Source: Antedon mediterranea
Lineage: Eukaryota; Animalia; Echinodermata
Direction of reading: 5' to 3'
Length of the DNA: 64,000 nt
Assembly: GCF_964355755.1 (NCBI RefSeq)
Contig: NC_092673.1
Location: 7,626,001 to 7,690,000 of the forward strand
The position numbers and the translations under genes are program-made. This document shows, in pieces, positions 10,684 through 22,467 of this stretch. Position 1 is the stretch's first letter. Each line of letters starts with the position of its first letter. The notes beneath the pieces are model-generated. The model was not told where the DNA came from and made no database searches. It worked only from the letters and a program-made list of their open reading frames with translations.

Positions 10684-13600
10684 CAATACTTGACAGATTT
10701 AATCGATGGTTCCACTAGAATTAATATTTATGATAGTGTTATGGGAATAAGCCAATAATATTTGACAGTATTTTATCGGGAGTCCCACTAGGCCTAATAT
10801 TTAAACAAAAATTACCATTTAAACCCAAGTAAAGCATAAATATAATCAAAAGCCTCATTAGCCTTAAGCTGAAGACAATTAAATCTCTTAAAGGGTTTAA
10901 AACAAATTATCAATGTGAATTATTCAAAAGCACTACAAGGAACGACATCAAAATTCAATGTTTAGACACATTATAAAATGTTAAAGAAATTAAAACAACT
11001 GTAAGTTCAGCAATAAATGAATAATTCCAAGGTTATAACAAAATATCAGCGCAGTTTGAGTTAAAGAAATATGGTAATTGATAAAACAATTATCTTGCGC
11101 TTAACTTAATGGTGGTAAAATGTATTAACTTTACACAAATCTACAAATAAAAGTGATAGTTTTATATAATTAAAATTTGCTTAATCAATATTCATAATTT
11201 CATTATTTATTCTTGTTGACAAATATGGAAATTGATAAACTAATAATAATTTCAACCTATTGTCACCAAAATAATTTGTATTTAATAAGTGTTATTTGAT
11301 ATCAATTATTGTTGAAAAAATGGTGTATTCATAGAAGAATTGTTTGCTATTAATAATTATCATTTTGTCAAATTAACTATTGATAAATAATAATTATCAT
11401 AATTATTGTTGAAAACAAGTGTAATTTCATCTTTTTTAAATGTTTGCATAATTTATATATTAATAATTATTAATTAAGTGAAATTAATAAGTATGAAATG
11501 TTTATTATTATTAATCAAATTTGGCAAATATAAAGTAGAAATAGCATTATTGTAGACAATAATTTGTTACAAGGTGGCAGTTAAATTAGGTACAGTAGTA
11601 AATGAAATATACGCTCATAGAATCCAAATAGCATTTCCACCTAATAATCAAACCTCGGCCAAATTGTAAATACAGACATGTGATTGTATCGTTGCTTGAC
11701 ATGAAAGCTAAGATATCAATTTCAAGATTGTGCCAGATCTCGCAAGTTCAACACGAAGATCAGATGAATTAATTCAACCTCGGTGTAAATCTCTTAAGCA
11801 TGTTTAATCATGTGATTATCATGGATTTAATTTGATCTTAGGATTTAACGAATTGTCTTAAATTTGATCAGAGTTTTCAGTGTTAATGAGATTAGAATTT
11901 TGGGATTTACATCATATAAGAATGAAGATCATAATTTGTTAATACTGTATTTTCATATACTTTTATATTTGCAATTTAAAATGTTTAATTAATAGAAATA
12001 TTTGCCTGAATCTTAAGTATAAATTGGCTTATTTGGTCTTAGGATTAATGCTATCTTAAATTTAATCATGAACATTTAAAAATTAATATATTTAGATCAG
12101 ATATAGAGAACACAATTTGATAATTGTATGATTTTAAAGCAAGATATTCATTTTCCAAATAAATCAGATTATCAATTATTAGGTAAAATTAACAATTAAA
12201 TTGATAAATAAAATAAGATAGATACATTTTAAGAATATTATTTATATAAAAATTTAATAATTAAAGTTGATTGAAATTCTAAATTCTGTAATAAAATTAA
12301 CAGTTATCACTAAATAGACTATTTTTCGCAGTATTCATGTAGATTTCAAATATAAAATAATCTTGGTAAAGTGATTTTCTTTCTTGATGTAATTTCTGAT
12401 TTATTATTAATCCCAGAGAGATCTAGTTGGATTTGCGGATTACAACCAAAAATTAACGTATAAATACTAGATGACATACATATATCGCCCTTGAAAAAAA
12501 AAATCTAACATTAACAGACGTTATTGTAAATCAATTTAAACTCTCCACTTTTAAACTATCAAATGCTTTAAGTGAATAGGTGAGCCGAACATGTTAAGCT
12601 TTTGTGCAATATATAAGATTTAACAGAAACATAAGGTTTACAAATCCAATTTTAAAATAAACCTTACAAAATGTAAACTGAAAACGATAATATTTTATCA
12701 AAAACTTTACCAAGATACTATTTGTTGGACTACACAACACATTTTTGCAATACATTACACATATATTTATTAAGAAATTTTCGGACTGTGTTTATACGAC
12801 GATCTATATTTATAGTTATACCTTAAAGTTGTTAATTTAAAACCGATTAATAAATATTAGAATTATTTCAACTTTTCAATAAAATAATGTTTTGTATCAT
12901 ATTAATCACAAAATGTTTAAAATGTTTGGATTATTAAATACAAAAATATGCTAAATTTGATTTTTTTAAACAAAAACGTTAAAACTTATAAATTATTTAT
13001 TACAGAATTCCAAAAGTTTAGTTATTTGTAATACTATTAATAGGATAACAAATTACGAATTTTTAGAGTGTTATGACAAAATTATAAAGTGTAGTGCATT
13101 GAAATAAAATTAGCTTAAGAGCCAAGAAGGCAATTAAATACAACAGGACTATTTCCCAAAGACCGCTGCAGACAGCGTGGTGTCAATCAACGGATTATCT
13201 ACCTATTTTTTCATTCAATTGGGTTTATGTATCGCAATTACCATTCTCCTTTAGGGAATCAAATCTATTTATGAAAGATATTCATATGATTCAATGACCT
13301 AAGAAAAATACTGCAGTTCAAAAAAATATATGCATTGATTGTGTTTCTTCTTTGTTTATACAAAAATAAAGGATTTACAACTATGACTTTGTTCATTATC
13401 TATCTATCTATTTATATATGATAAAAGCTTTAATTGTAAATAAGAAAAACATTACATCTATAATTTATAAAGTTTTTAATGATTTGATTTATTTTGTTAC
13501 TAAAAATACAAATTATAAGTTAAAAATTCTGTACAATTTATGCATTAGCAGATGTGTAAAAATTAAAATCACCAAGTAATATATTTTTTTAATTTAACCG

Positions 13601-14474
13601 ATTTTACACATTGATCACAACCCTTTGTGCATTTCAAGAAAAGACGGTTAAATGGAATGGAATAGAGTTTCCATGTCATGATCAATTTAAATATTTAGAA
13701 TATACTGTACATTGATTTTATTTCATACCTTAAGTTACTTGGCTGCACAACACTATCAAAAGATCTTTAAAATATTTAATAAATAGTTGGAACCTATCTC
13801 CTCTTAAGCTAAATTTTTATTCGTAAAATTACATTTAACACTAAACGATAACATCGTACGCTTAAAGATGAACCTGGACACGTGAAGGTACATTTTATTT
13901 TGTACAGGGCGAATAAGGACCCTTATTATGGACATCATTATTTTTGTAAGTGAATATAGAAAAGAACAAAAGGATAAAGAGGACATGGTTAAATTCTTAC
14001 AAAGTATACTAATAAATGAACAGTCGAAATTTAAAAAATACTTTTATGAATGTGTCCTACAAGGGAACAACAACCTAAACTGGTTTAAGATTTTGTTTTT
14101 GTTCATGGTGTTGGTCTTTCACACCTGCTCCGGTCCAGCTTCAGTTTGTGTTAGATTGAGCACAAATTATTAGTGACTTTTCGTTTTCATGATGCGCCAT
14201 GCAGTAAAAAAATTGGAGCATAGCTGTATGAAGCATCGTGAAAATATGAGATTCAATTGTATATGTCGCTACATAGCTCTATCAGAATGGGTAAATGATC
14301 AAGCGATTACAGTATTTATTGATTTTTAAAAATGAAAAATGAGTGGGTATAATTTCATGCAAAATCTACGATGCAAGTGTGGTTGATTTATGGCATGCAG
14401 GATCGAGCACATCAACTTAAAAGCAAGGCATGATGGGAAGGAATTGAGCGAGTTGGACATCATGAAGCACCTAC

Positions 14475-14612
14475 CATATCGCTTCCTCCATTTCCACTTG
14501 CAGGGTGTTGGTTACTATATTGAGACATGTTGTACATAGAAGACTGGGTGCTTGGGGGCGCTGTGTCATTGTAACCCCCTGTTTGTGAAATTACTTGGCG
14601 AAGGTTTTGAAC
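14475..14612 (-). CDS. PBX: PBX exon (exon 8 equivalent); reads through to TGA at 14462-14460 if the donor is not used
   Basis: Not in the ORF track. Acceptor TTTTTTTTAATAG|GTT; VQNLRQVISQTGGYNDTAPPSTQSSMYNMSQYSNQHPASGNGGSDM, compared with PBX1a VDTLRHVISQTGGYSD; donor ATG|GTAGGT (phase 0). Confidence 0.9.
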
Positions 14613-14980
14613 CTATTAAAAAAAACAATGAAATTAAATGTATGTTTATTACTATGCAACCACGTGTAAAAATGCACAAACTTTTGCCAAATTTCAAAAT
14701 ATTGTAATCATTGCATTGAAAAATTAATATTAAAGACGTCGAACTTTCAATAGTTATTTCCTTGTTGAAAAAAATGTTGTTTTTGTTTAGAACAATGCAT
14801 GCAACAGTATCTTAAGTCGAGACGATATGAAAAATAAGGAAGAAAAGAAAAATTAAAAGCTGACCCTAGATATTGGAATGTTTAATAGCACTCAAGCCTG
14901 GCAACAACAATTATGTTTTGCCCTAGTTTACAGTATGTTGATTGAATCATTCGGATTATGTTACACTGAGTAGTACATAC

Positions 14981-15105
14981 CTGTGACTGAACATTTGCCC
15001 CAACCTGGTTCGCCATCTGATAGCTGTCTCCATTCTGCATACCCATTGAGTATTCTGAACCTCCCATAATACCTCCTGGTCCTGTCATTGAAAAACTCCC
15101 TGAGC
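14981..15105 (-). CDS. PBX: PBX exon (exon 7 equivalent; the exon skipped in vertebrate b isoforms)
   Basis: Acceptor TTTTTAG|GC (phase 1), donor CAG|GTATGT; 125 nt; GSGSFSMTGPGGIMGGSEYSMGMQNGDSYQMANQVGANVQSQ, matching PBX1a NGDSYQ..QVGANVQSQ. Confidence 0.92.
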
Positions 15106-15680
15106 CTAAAAAATAATGATACATTTTAATAAATCATAATCATATTTGTATTGGGAAATAAATGAAAAATTATTTGAACGCAGTGTCCAACAAAACATCC
15201 CCTCGGAATAGGGGTTGGTCAAGGAGGGGTTCTTCACTGTATATGGATACTGTATTTGGATTTTTAAGAAATAAAATAAAGACCTCAGTATTTGTCTCTA
15301 AATTATAATTCTTTCAATTTAAAACCTTACTGAATTAATTAAGATGAAAAAAATATTGTCTATAAAATGAAGACACAAGACTCGGAGATTAGATTCTTGT
15401 CTTATGATGATCCTAATCTCTTCAACCCAGGGTTTATTTAAACAATTTAAAACAAAAAATAGCATCTCTGCAACAAATTTGGATATAAATTTTGATGTCA
15501 AAATTAGTTGAAAAAAATGTTGTGATGAGCAATGAATTTTATAATTTTCAACAAAGTATAATATTTTTCGTCTTTTTTGTTGTCCTTTTGTAGTATATTT
15601 TCCTTTCAATTGTTGCATTTATATGTTTTTATGTCATTTTCTATTCGTTTTGACTGCTGTTATAGAAAAATAAAATATAT

Positions 15681-17270
15681 ACTAGACATGTAACTTGTCA
15701 CTTTGACGAGTTAGTTATCCGCACGACAAAGGCCACGTAGACGTCATACGTTAGAATATTGCACACAGAAAAAGATTATGGCAATATGACCTGAACTGAA
15801 CAATATGATATGTTGTTATTGCTGAATTCTGTTATTTTGTGTCATATTATATATATACCGGGTACAATAAAGTATACATATTACATACAGTGTAGAATAG
15901 GTGAAATGACTGGACCCGCCATTTATTCCAATTTTTAACATAGCGACGGTATCAAAATGAAACACTAAGATAGCAATTTCTGAAGGAAATTATCTCGGCA
16001 ACAACATATTAATGTGTAAAAGAAATTTAAATACGTAAAATATTGATGCGCGCTCTTTTAAATGTGATGAATTATGACGCAAAAGATGAAAATGCAACTT
16101 TTTTTATTTAACTGGTCATATGATGACGTCACAATATCTGATTGGCAAAATGTTTACATAAATTCGTATCTACAATCCAATAGCTTCCAGAAAACGTTTT
16201 AATCATGATTATCACGTTTTATTCTGACGAGCTATAACAGATTGAAATTTACTGTAAAGACGAAAATAAGTGACCCACGTTATTTACATTTTTAGACATG
16301 ATGACGTCATAAAAATTAAAATATTTTTAACTCATACGAAAGATAGTTGATTGACCTAGATAATATAAAAATCGGGGTAAAAATGAAAAACAGATAATTG
16401 GAGATGCGCTCTATTAAATGTCATGCGCTATGATGAAAGATACAAAAATCCTATATTTTATATTCGCATGGCCATACGGTGACGTCACAATGTTCAGTTA
16501 GCCAAATAAATGCATGATCCAAAATCTACAACTCATCAACTTTCAGAATATGCAAAAAAAATTACTTTCACCGTTTAGTTTAGGAACTACAACTGTTTAA
16601 AAAAGGGCATAATTTTGACAAATTTTGACGATTTTTTGAACTTTTTCATCAAAAATGCACGTAAATTATCCAATTCAACGTGCCCGTATGACGCAATTTT
16701 AAGTCAAAATTGTTCAAAAGTTGGTAAAATTACAAGAAAAGGCTGGAAAAACATAAATCACGCGAAAAAAAATTGTTTTCAACGCTACGTGCGTACCGCG
16801 CGCGTAAAAATTTGAGCGCACGTGGGAATTTTTTACATGCTCTAAATGACATGAAACGCGTAGAAAGTTGATTAGATAGTGATTTTTCGCATTTTGAAAT
16901 TTTAAACGCGCGTGCACGCGTAACTTCGTGTGAAACATGCCAATTTTTTTTCACATTCAGTTAGCGCAAGATATCAATTAAACTTTTGTTAAGTTTCAAT
17001 TTAAATTGCTATATGGTTTTCAATCTATGTTAAATAGGCGAAATTCGTAAAAATGCGCGTAAGTCATGTTGCGCAACTCTGACGTCATTCAAAAATAGGA
17101 GGTGCACAACTTCACCTGAATGATCTCATGCTGACAAAGTTATAACATGTTATGTTTACACGTTTTTGAGATACGCGAGACACAAAAATAGAGGAGAAAG
17201 AAAGAAAAAAAAAAAAAAAAGTAACAGGACAGCTACAAGGAGTTATCCGCTGAGTGCGGATAACTAATAA
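15681..17270 (-). mobile_element. Non-autonomous Helentron/Helitron2-type element (HINE/DINE-1-like)
   Basis: 14-bp perfect subterminal IR TTAGTTATCCGCAC (15711-15724 / 17254-17267); 5' palindrome AGTTATCCGC-TGAGT-GCGGATAACT; 3' stem-loop 15691-15713 then CTAGT end; T-rich tract near the 5' end; internal diverged ~360-bp repeat (about 16045 versus 16403). Confidence 0.8.
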
Positions 17271-17942
17271 TTATCTTTAAAAAAATACTTTATTCGATGT
17301 CAATCACTAATTTAGGCGTCACCTTAAAGAATGAAGGTAACCATAAAATGTAATGCCGTGTATTTTCGTAAGTTGTTAAATGTTATCTTATTTCAGACTA
17401 GACAATATATTTTTATTATTTTCATGGTATTATTTAAGCCCAAAATATATCAAAATTTATTCCACACGTATAAGATCAGTTAAATCTTAAAATTAAATAT
17501 TGAGAAAGATCAAGTCTTCGACTATGGTAAGAAATTATGTTATAGTGCCCTCTATAATTTCAAACTGGTTCCAAGTATTTTATACAAAATTGAGAATTCT
17601 ACATGGTATAAACAATGAAGGCAAACAAAGACTACATCAACCTACTTTGGTCCAACATAACAGCTATAATTAGTACTGTACTAGTACTGCAAAAGTTATT
17701 AATTTCCATTCAATTGCAATAGATCGCCAATGAAACTAGGAAATAGGGCATACTTGCCGGCCAATTAATATCAAACTCGGTCGTAGCCAAAGGGGTTTTC
17801 TCATATTTACAAACACTAATCAAGCAATTGGAGGTAGGTAAAAGGTTAAGCCTGGTTTCAATAAAATAGGATGTCTCAGATGTATGTAATCTATCAGATA
17901 CAGTAAGACAGACAGAGTCAATCTCAGTTAAATTGTACGAAA

Positions 17943-18090
17943 TACAGTACCCTTCCTCTGGGCACCCCTATTAAAGGAACAGTATCAGGTAAAATGTACA
18001 ATGGCAGAAATATACAGTATAGGGGACAGCCTAATTAAGGAGACATGTGGTTAAGGTCCATAGGTGTCCCTTTAATAGAGATTCCAGTTC
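17943..18090. mobile_element. Decayed TA-CAGT...ACTG-TA (Tc1/pogo-like) MITE remnant
   Basis: Starts TACAGTA; shares ATTAA(A/G)GG(A/G)ACA and GTGTCCC(C/T)TTAAT motifs with remnants near 25280, 29770 and 61961. Confidence 0.5.
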
Positions 18091-18482
18091 TACTACAGGT
18101 GAAACCGTACCATATATATTCAATATAATCATAATTTCATAACCGAATTATTACTTGGCCAATACATACAATACATCTATTTGGATGTTCAATTTAGGAG
18201 AAACCGTACACAGTACACCCTATATTATAAATGGGCATTTTACAGATAGAGTTATGAAGAGAAATGAAGTGCCTCGGGAAAAACAGGACTTTCTATCTGG
18301 TCTACTAATCAGACAATTAATGATAAAACGAAGCAGACAAATTACAACAATGGTTAATTTGCTTGATTTTACTAAAAGCTTTAAATGACCCATCACTTGA
18401 CATCAGATAAGGACTTTTATTTTCGTAAAAGAGACAGAGTTCTAACATGCATTTAAAACCTTGTATTATTTCTAAATCTTAC

Positions 18483-18657
18483 CACTGTTAGGTCCCGTAC
18501 CTGACGGTGTCGTTGGTGTGGAGCTAGGTGAACGACTTTGTGAGCCTACAGACGCTGCTGCAGCCGCTGTCTTTGCGGCATACAGATTCGCTTCCTCCTG
18601 CGCTTTTCCAATGTTCTTCTTGTAACGAATTCGCTTATTACCAAACCAATTAGAAAT
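18483..18657 (-). CDS. PBX: PBX exon (exon 6 equivalent): homeodomain helix 3 and C-terminal extension
   Basis: Acceptor CCTGTTTGCAG|ATT; donor AGTG|GTAAGA at 18483, with an alternative in-frame donor TCAG|GTACGG at 18501; [52 protein letters not shown](GTGPNS). Confidence 0.95.
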
Positions 18658-18739
18658 CTGCAAACAGGAAATCATATAATTAATAGGTTTTTTAATAGTT
18701 CAAAATAATGGTATGCAAATTTGATTTGAGCACCTTGAC

Positions 18740-19110
18740 TTGGTTGTATGTTAGTACATTTGGTTGTATGTTTCGATGTAGTACCTATGGTTGTGATTTT
18801 GGTTGTACAGATATGATAGTGTCTTTGATTGCAAAATAGGTTGCAGTACATTTAATTGATGGTAGTGACTTGTAGTGATTTTTGTTGTTAGTGCCATTGG
18901 TTGCACGTGGGTGTATCACCTTTGGTTGTATGGTAGTGACATTGGTTGTATGCTATTTGGTTGCAAGCAAGGGTGTAGGATGTAGTAATATTGTAGCATT
19001 TGGTTGTATGGTAATGCCTCTAATTGTGCTGGTGATTTTGTCTGTATGGTTGTATAGTCCCTTTGGTTGCATGTTAGTATGTGTTGTACAGGAACCTTTG
19101 TGTGTATGCT
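18740..19110. repeat. Degenerate ~21-bp minisatellite (TTGGTTGTATG core)
   Basis: Repeated TTGGTTG(T/C)A core with (G/T)TAGT tails, beginning about 80 nt upstream of the exon-6 acceptor. Confidence 0.75.
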
Positions 19111-21679
19111 ATACATATAGTTCTTTTGTTTAAATGATAGTGAATTTATTTTTATGCCAGTCTTTATACTAGAAACTTTGGTTTGCTGGTGTTTTGTGTA
19201 TGTATTGCTAGAGATGTTTGGTATTTTGAAAGAAATAAAGAAAGTAAAGAACTTTTTTTAAAGAATTTTAATGGTAGTTTACTATATAACTTATAAACCA
19301 AGTTATATAGTAGATCAGGAACAGTATTGGCAAAGGGACCTTCTATATAGTAGATAGTTATTACACATATCTTAAGAGGCCATACTTCCTATCATGTGGA
19401 AAGGGGAGTCAGATAGCGACGAGTCTCGTCTTTTCCTGGCTTTATAATGAGCCCCCATGCGTGCCGCGTGTTGACAGGCTGGGGTTCTAAGCGGGGACAC
19501 AAACACTGGTTCAGTTCCTCTTTGAAGGACTTTGCGATGTTATCTGCCCCGTTTGGCTTATCACTGTTGCCAACATATTACTCACCATGAAGGGGAATTG
19601 GGGTCAAGGCTTTAAACACTCAATTCAACATACCCTTAGGCTCTCTATCTAATTGAAGTACTGTAAGCTAGGCCGACAGTAGAAAAAATAAAAACCTTTA
19701 CTTGATCATACTAAATTGAATTACCATTATCAATACTATTACATTTTTTTTGATAGGCAAGATAAGAAAGAAGAAAATTTAATTATATCTATGGATAAAT
19801 TCAATGAAGATATATTTTTACCAAATCAAGTTGAAATGCCAAGGGGCATAAATGATTAGAACATCATTTTAAAAAAAAATAGAATAAAAAAGATATTTAA
19901 AAAAAAAACATTTAATAGTAACGTCATTTCTGATAAACAAATCATACATGAATTATATTTAAGGTAACAGATTTTTTAAATATCATTCTATTGATGAAAT
20001 TGAAAAAAAATGTATTTCTCATTCTACTGAATATATTAAGAATAAAGATAGATTTAAATGCTATTATTGATTATCAGCATGTCCTAAGAATGTGTGCCAC
20101 TGATACAAAAGTTCAATAAAGTTTATCGTTCATCATGAAACAGTTTAAATCTGTTCCTAAAAGCTTGTCCTTCTTTATTCTAAGCGCTGTGAGACCTGTT
20201 GGTATTAATGTAAATAAAAAATAACAAAATGGTTAGAGTTACAGTAGTAGTGCCTACTGTATATAATTATGGAGAGGGGTGTACATTTTAAATTGATTTA
20301 CTATATCTTGGTTTTGTTTGTTTGTTGAGAATAGGCTATTGGCGGTTTTATCCAGGTACAGTAGGCTAGGCAAGGCCATACACTATTCAGCATTATCATC
20401 AACCATGAGAGAAAACTTGATTCAATGTATATTTTAGGCTAGAGGGCTATCTTAAAAAAAATTTCTGAAAGAGGACTATCTCAGACCAAGAATTATAAAT
20501 ATGGATTAAATATTAACAACAATATTATAACTTTTTTTAATTACTTTTGTGGGAAATTGTGTTGCATATTGTCTAAATATCATCATAAATATCATAATAA
20601 ATAAAAAACATTATGAACTCAATTTTAATTTTACATTTTCTCTTAAATGATACTGATAGTATCATTAGACAAAATGCAATACTTATAATGTTGGAGTTTC
20701 ATAGTTGAATGTTAATAGCCTAAGATTGGCAGACTGTCAGATCTTTTAGCAGGTACCAAAGCATAATATCATTTTATTACACTGGGTACACTTCTTAAAA
20801 GTAGTTTTAATTGGCTCCAATTTTTGCTGTGGGATGATATAATGTTATCAAATATAATTAATATTTCAGTAGGATTTTCAAATAATAATTAAAATATAAT
20901 TACTGGTAGTATAAAACATTTTGTAATTAATTTTAAATAAAGTTTTCATTATATTTAAAATATCAAAAGAGAATTTAGCAATTATAATTCATCAATGAAT
21001 TTCGAAAATACCTGTTGTATGTTATGCAACAAAAGTAAAACAAATTACAAGGCTACAGGTATATCAAATTGATGTTTAAAATTACTTATACTGTAAGTGA
21101 GATTTGATTTTTTTTTTTTTGCTTACACTTGAAGCATCCATTTTATTAGTTATCTAAGTTTTTGGGAGTTAATAGTTATAGACCATTGATTTTCAGAAAA
21201 ATTGATAATTAAAATCTTGAGTTATCTTTATCATCAATATGGTTTGAAATAATAATAAAAGCATGCCCTATGTTGCTCTCTTTCTCGCTCAGTTCCAAAA
21301 GGGAAGGAGTATATATTAAAAGATTACATTAAAACGGTATCAGCTTCACAAGATATAATATTATTATATATGATTACTATATTTAGTGGAACACTATATC
21401 AATCGTCACAATTGCTACTTCGGACAATTAGCCTATCCTTCCCACTAATTTCAAAGGCTACACTTTATAAATAGAAACGACTGCTATTTATGATGCCTTT
21501 AATTTAGTTATACGATGAAAAGCAAACTTTACATATTCTGCTGCACGATTTGCCTTCTGAAATGTCAGAGTAAGAGGTCAAAGATTATTTCTAAACATAC
21601 ACCTACAGTGTAGCTGCTTATAGTTGATATGATGGATCACACTAGTGAGACTGAGAGGAAGGTGTCTTTGCCATACTAT

Positions 21680-21770
21680 TGGTATCCTTATGGAAGATAC
21701 TTTACTCTTATCCTTCAGATGAGACATAAAGCAGTTGGCCCAATGAACATACAATGCACAATAAGGAACG
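21680..21770 (+). mobile_element. Old SINE central-domain remnant (Deu/CORE-like)
   Basis: GTATCCTTATGGAAGATACTTTAC and TCCTTCAGATGAGACATAAAGCAGTTGGCCC resemble conserved deuterostome SINE body motifs (recalled, not searched). Confidence 0.45.
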
Positions 21771-22123
21771 GTATTTTTAAGGATCGCCTACCGCTGCGCT
21801 GATTACGTGGACTGCACTGCTATAGGACCAAATCCGAATTTAAACTCAAAATGAATTTCTTCTTGGAGTAAAGTGTTTATGCATTGTTGTTCTCTTTGGC
21901 TGCAAGTTTTTGTGTATTTATAAATGATTTTTAAATTGTTATTGTAAATATTTCGTAAAATGTTTTATTGAAATTCTCTATTTTATCTTAATGTGCTACT
22001 CAGTTAAGAAGGTAACACTGGCTCTTAGAGGTTTAGTTTGCCTTTGTGATTCCTGCTACTTTGTGGTTGTTTGTTGTTGTGTTTATGATGGTTTTGGCAA
22101 TAAAGAAGAAGAAAAAGAAGTTA

Positions 22124-22275
22124 TATTGTTTGAAAACTGAAAGTTTGCATGCCAAAATCAAATGTTGATATAAAGTTTGCAGTATACCACGTATATCTAG
22201 TTCTGAAATAGTTCTGTTGACCATCCTCAAGAGTGAGAATTATATATGTGGTGTACTGCAAACTTTATATCAACA
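22124..22275. mobile_element. Penelope-like repeat fragment with 34-bp inverted arms
   Basis: Homologous to 52994-53134; arms 22163-22196 / 22242-22275 with 2 mismatches. Confidence 0.65.
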
Positions 22276-22331
22276 AGAATAAAAAGACCATGAGTCTATT
22301 GATAAAAGGCTGCAGTCAGCAATAGATTTAC

Positions 22332-22467
22332 CTGTGCAACTGTAAGTCCACATTTCCTGGCTAACTCCTCTTTTGCCTCTTCACTTGGATACGGATTACT
22401 AAGGTGGGAATAGAAATACTCATTCAGGATCTCTGTTGCTTGTTTGCTGAAGTTCCTCCTTTTTCTT
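22332..22467 (-). CDS. PBX: PBX exon (exon 5 equivalent): homeodomain helices 1-2 with TALE PYP loop
   Basis: Not in the ORF track; read manually. Acceptor TTTTTGCAG|A, donor CAG|GTAAAT; 136 nt; [45 protein letters not shown]. Confidence 0.97.

Noticed and set aside
16615-16954. Three overlapping short ORFs
   Set aside because: They lie in the CpG-rich interior of a non-autonomous HINE-like element and show no recognisable protein motifs.
18882-19133. Hydrophobic and antisense ORFs
   Set aside because: Translations of the TTGGTTGTATG minisatellite.
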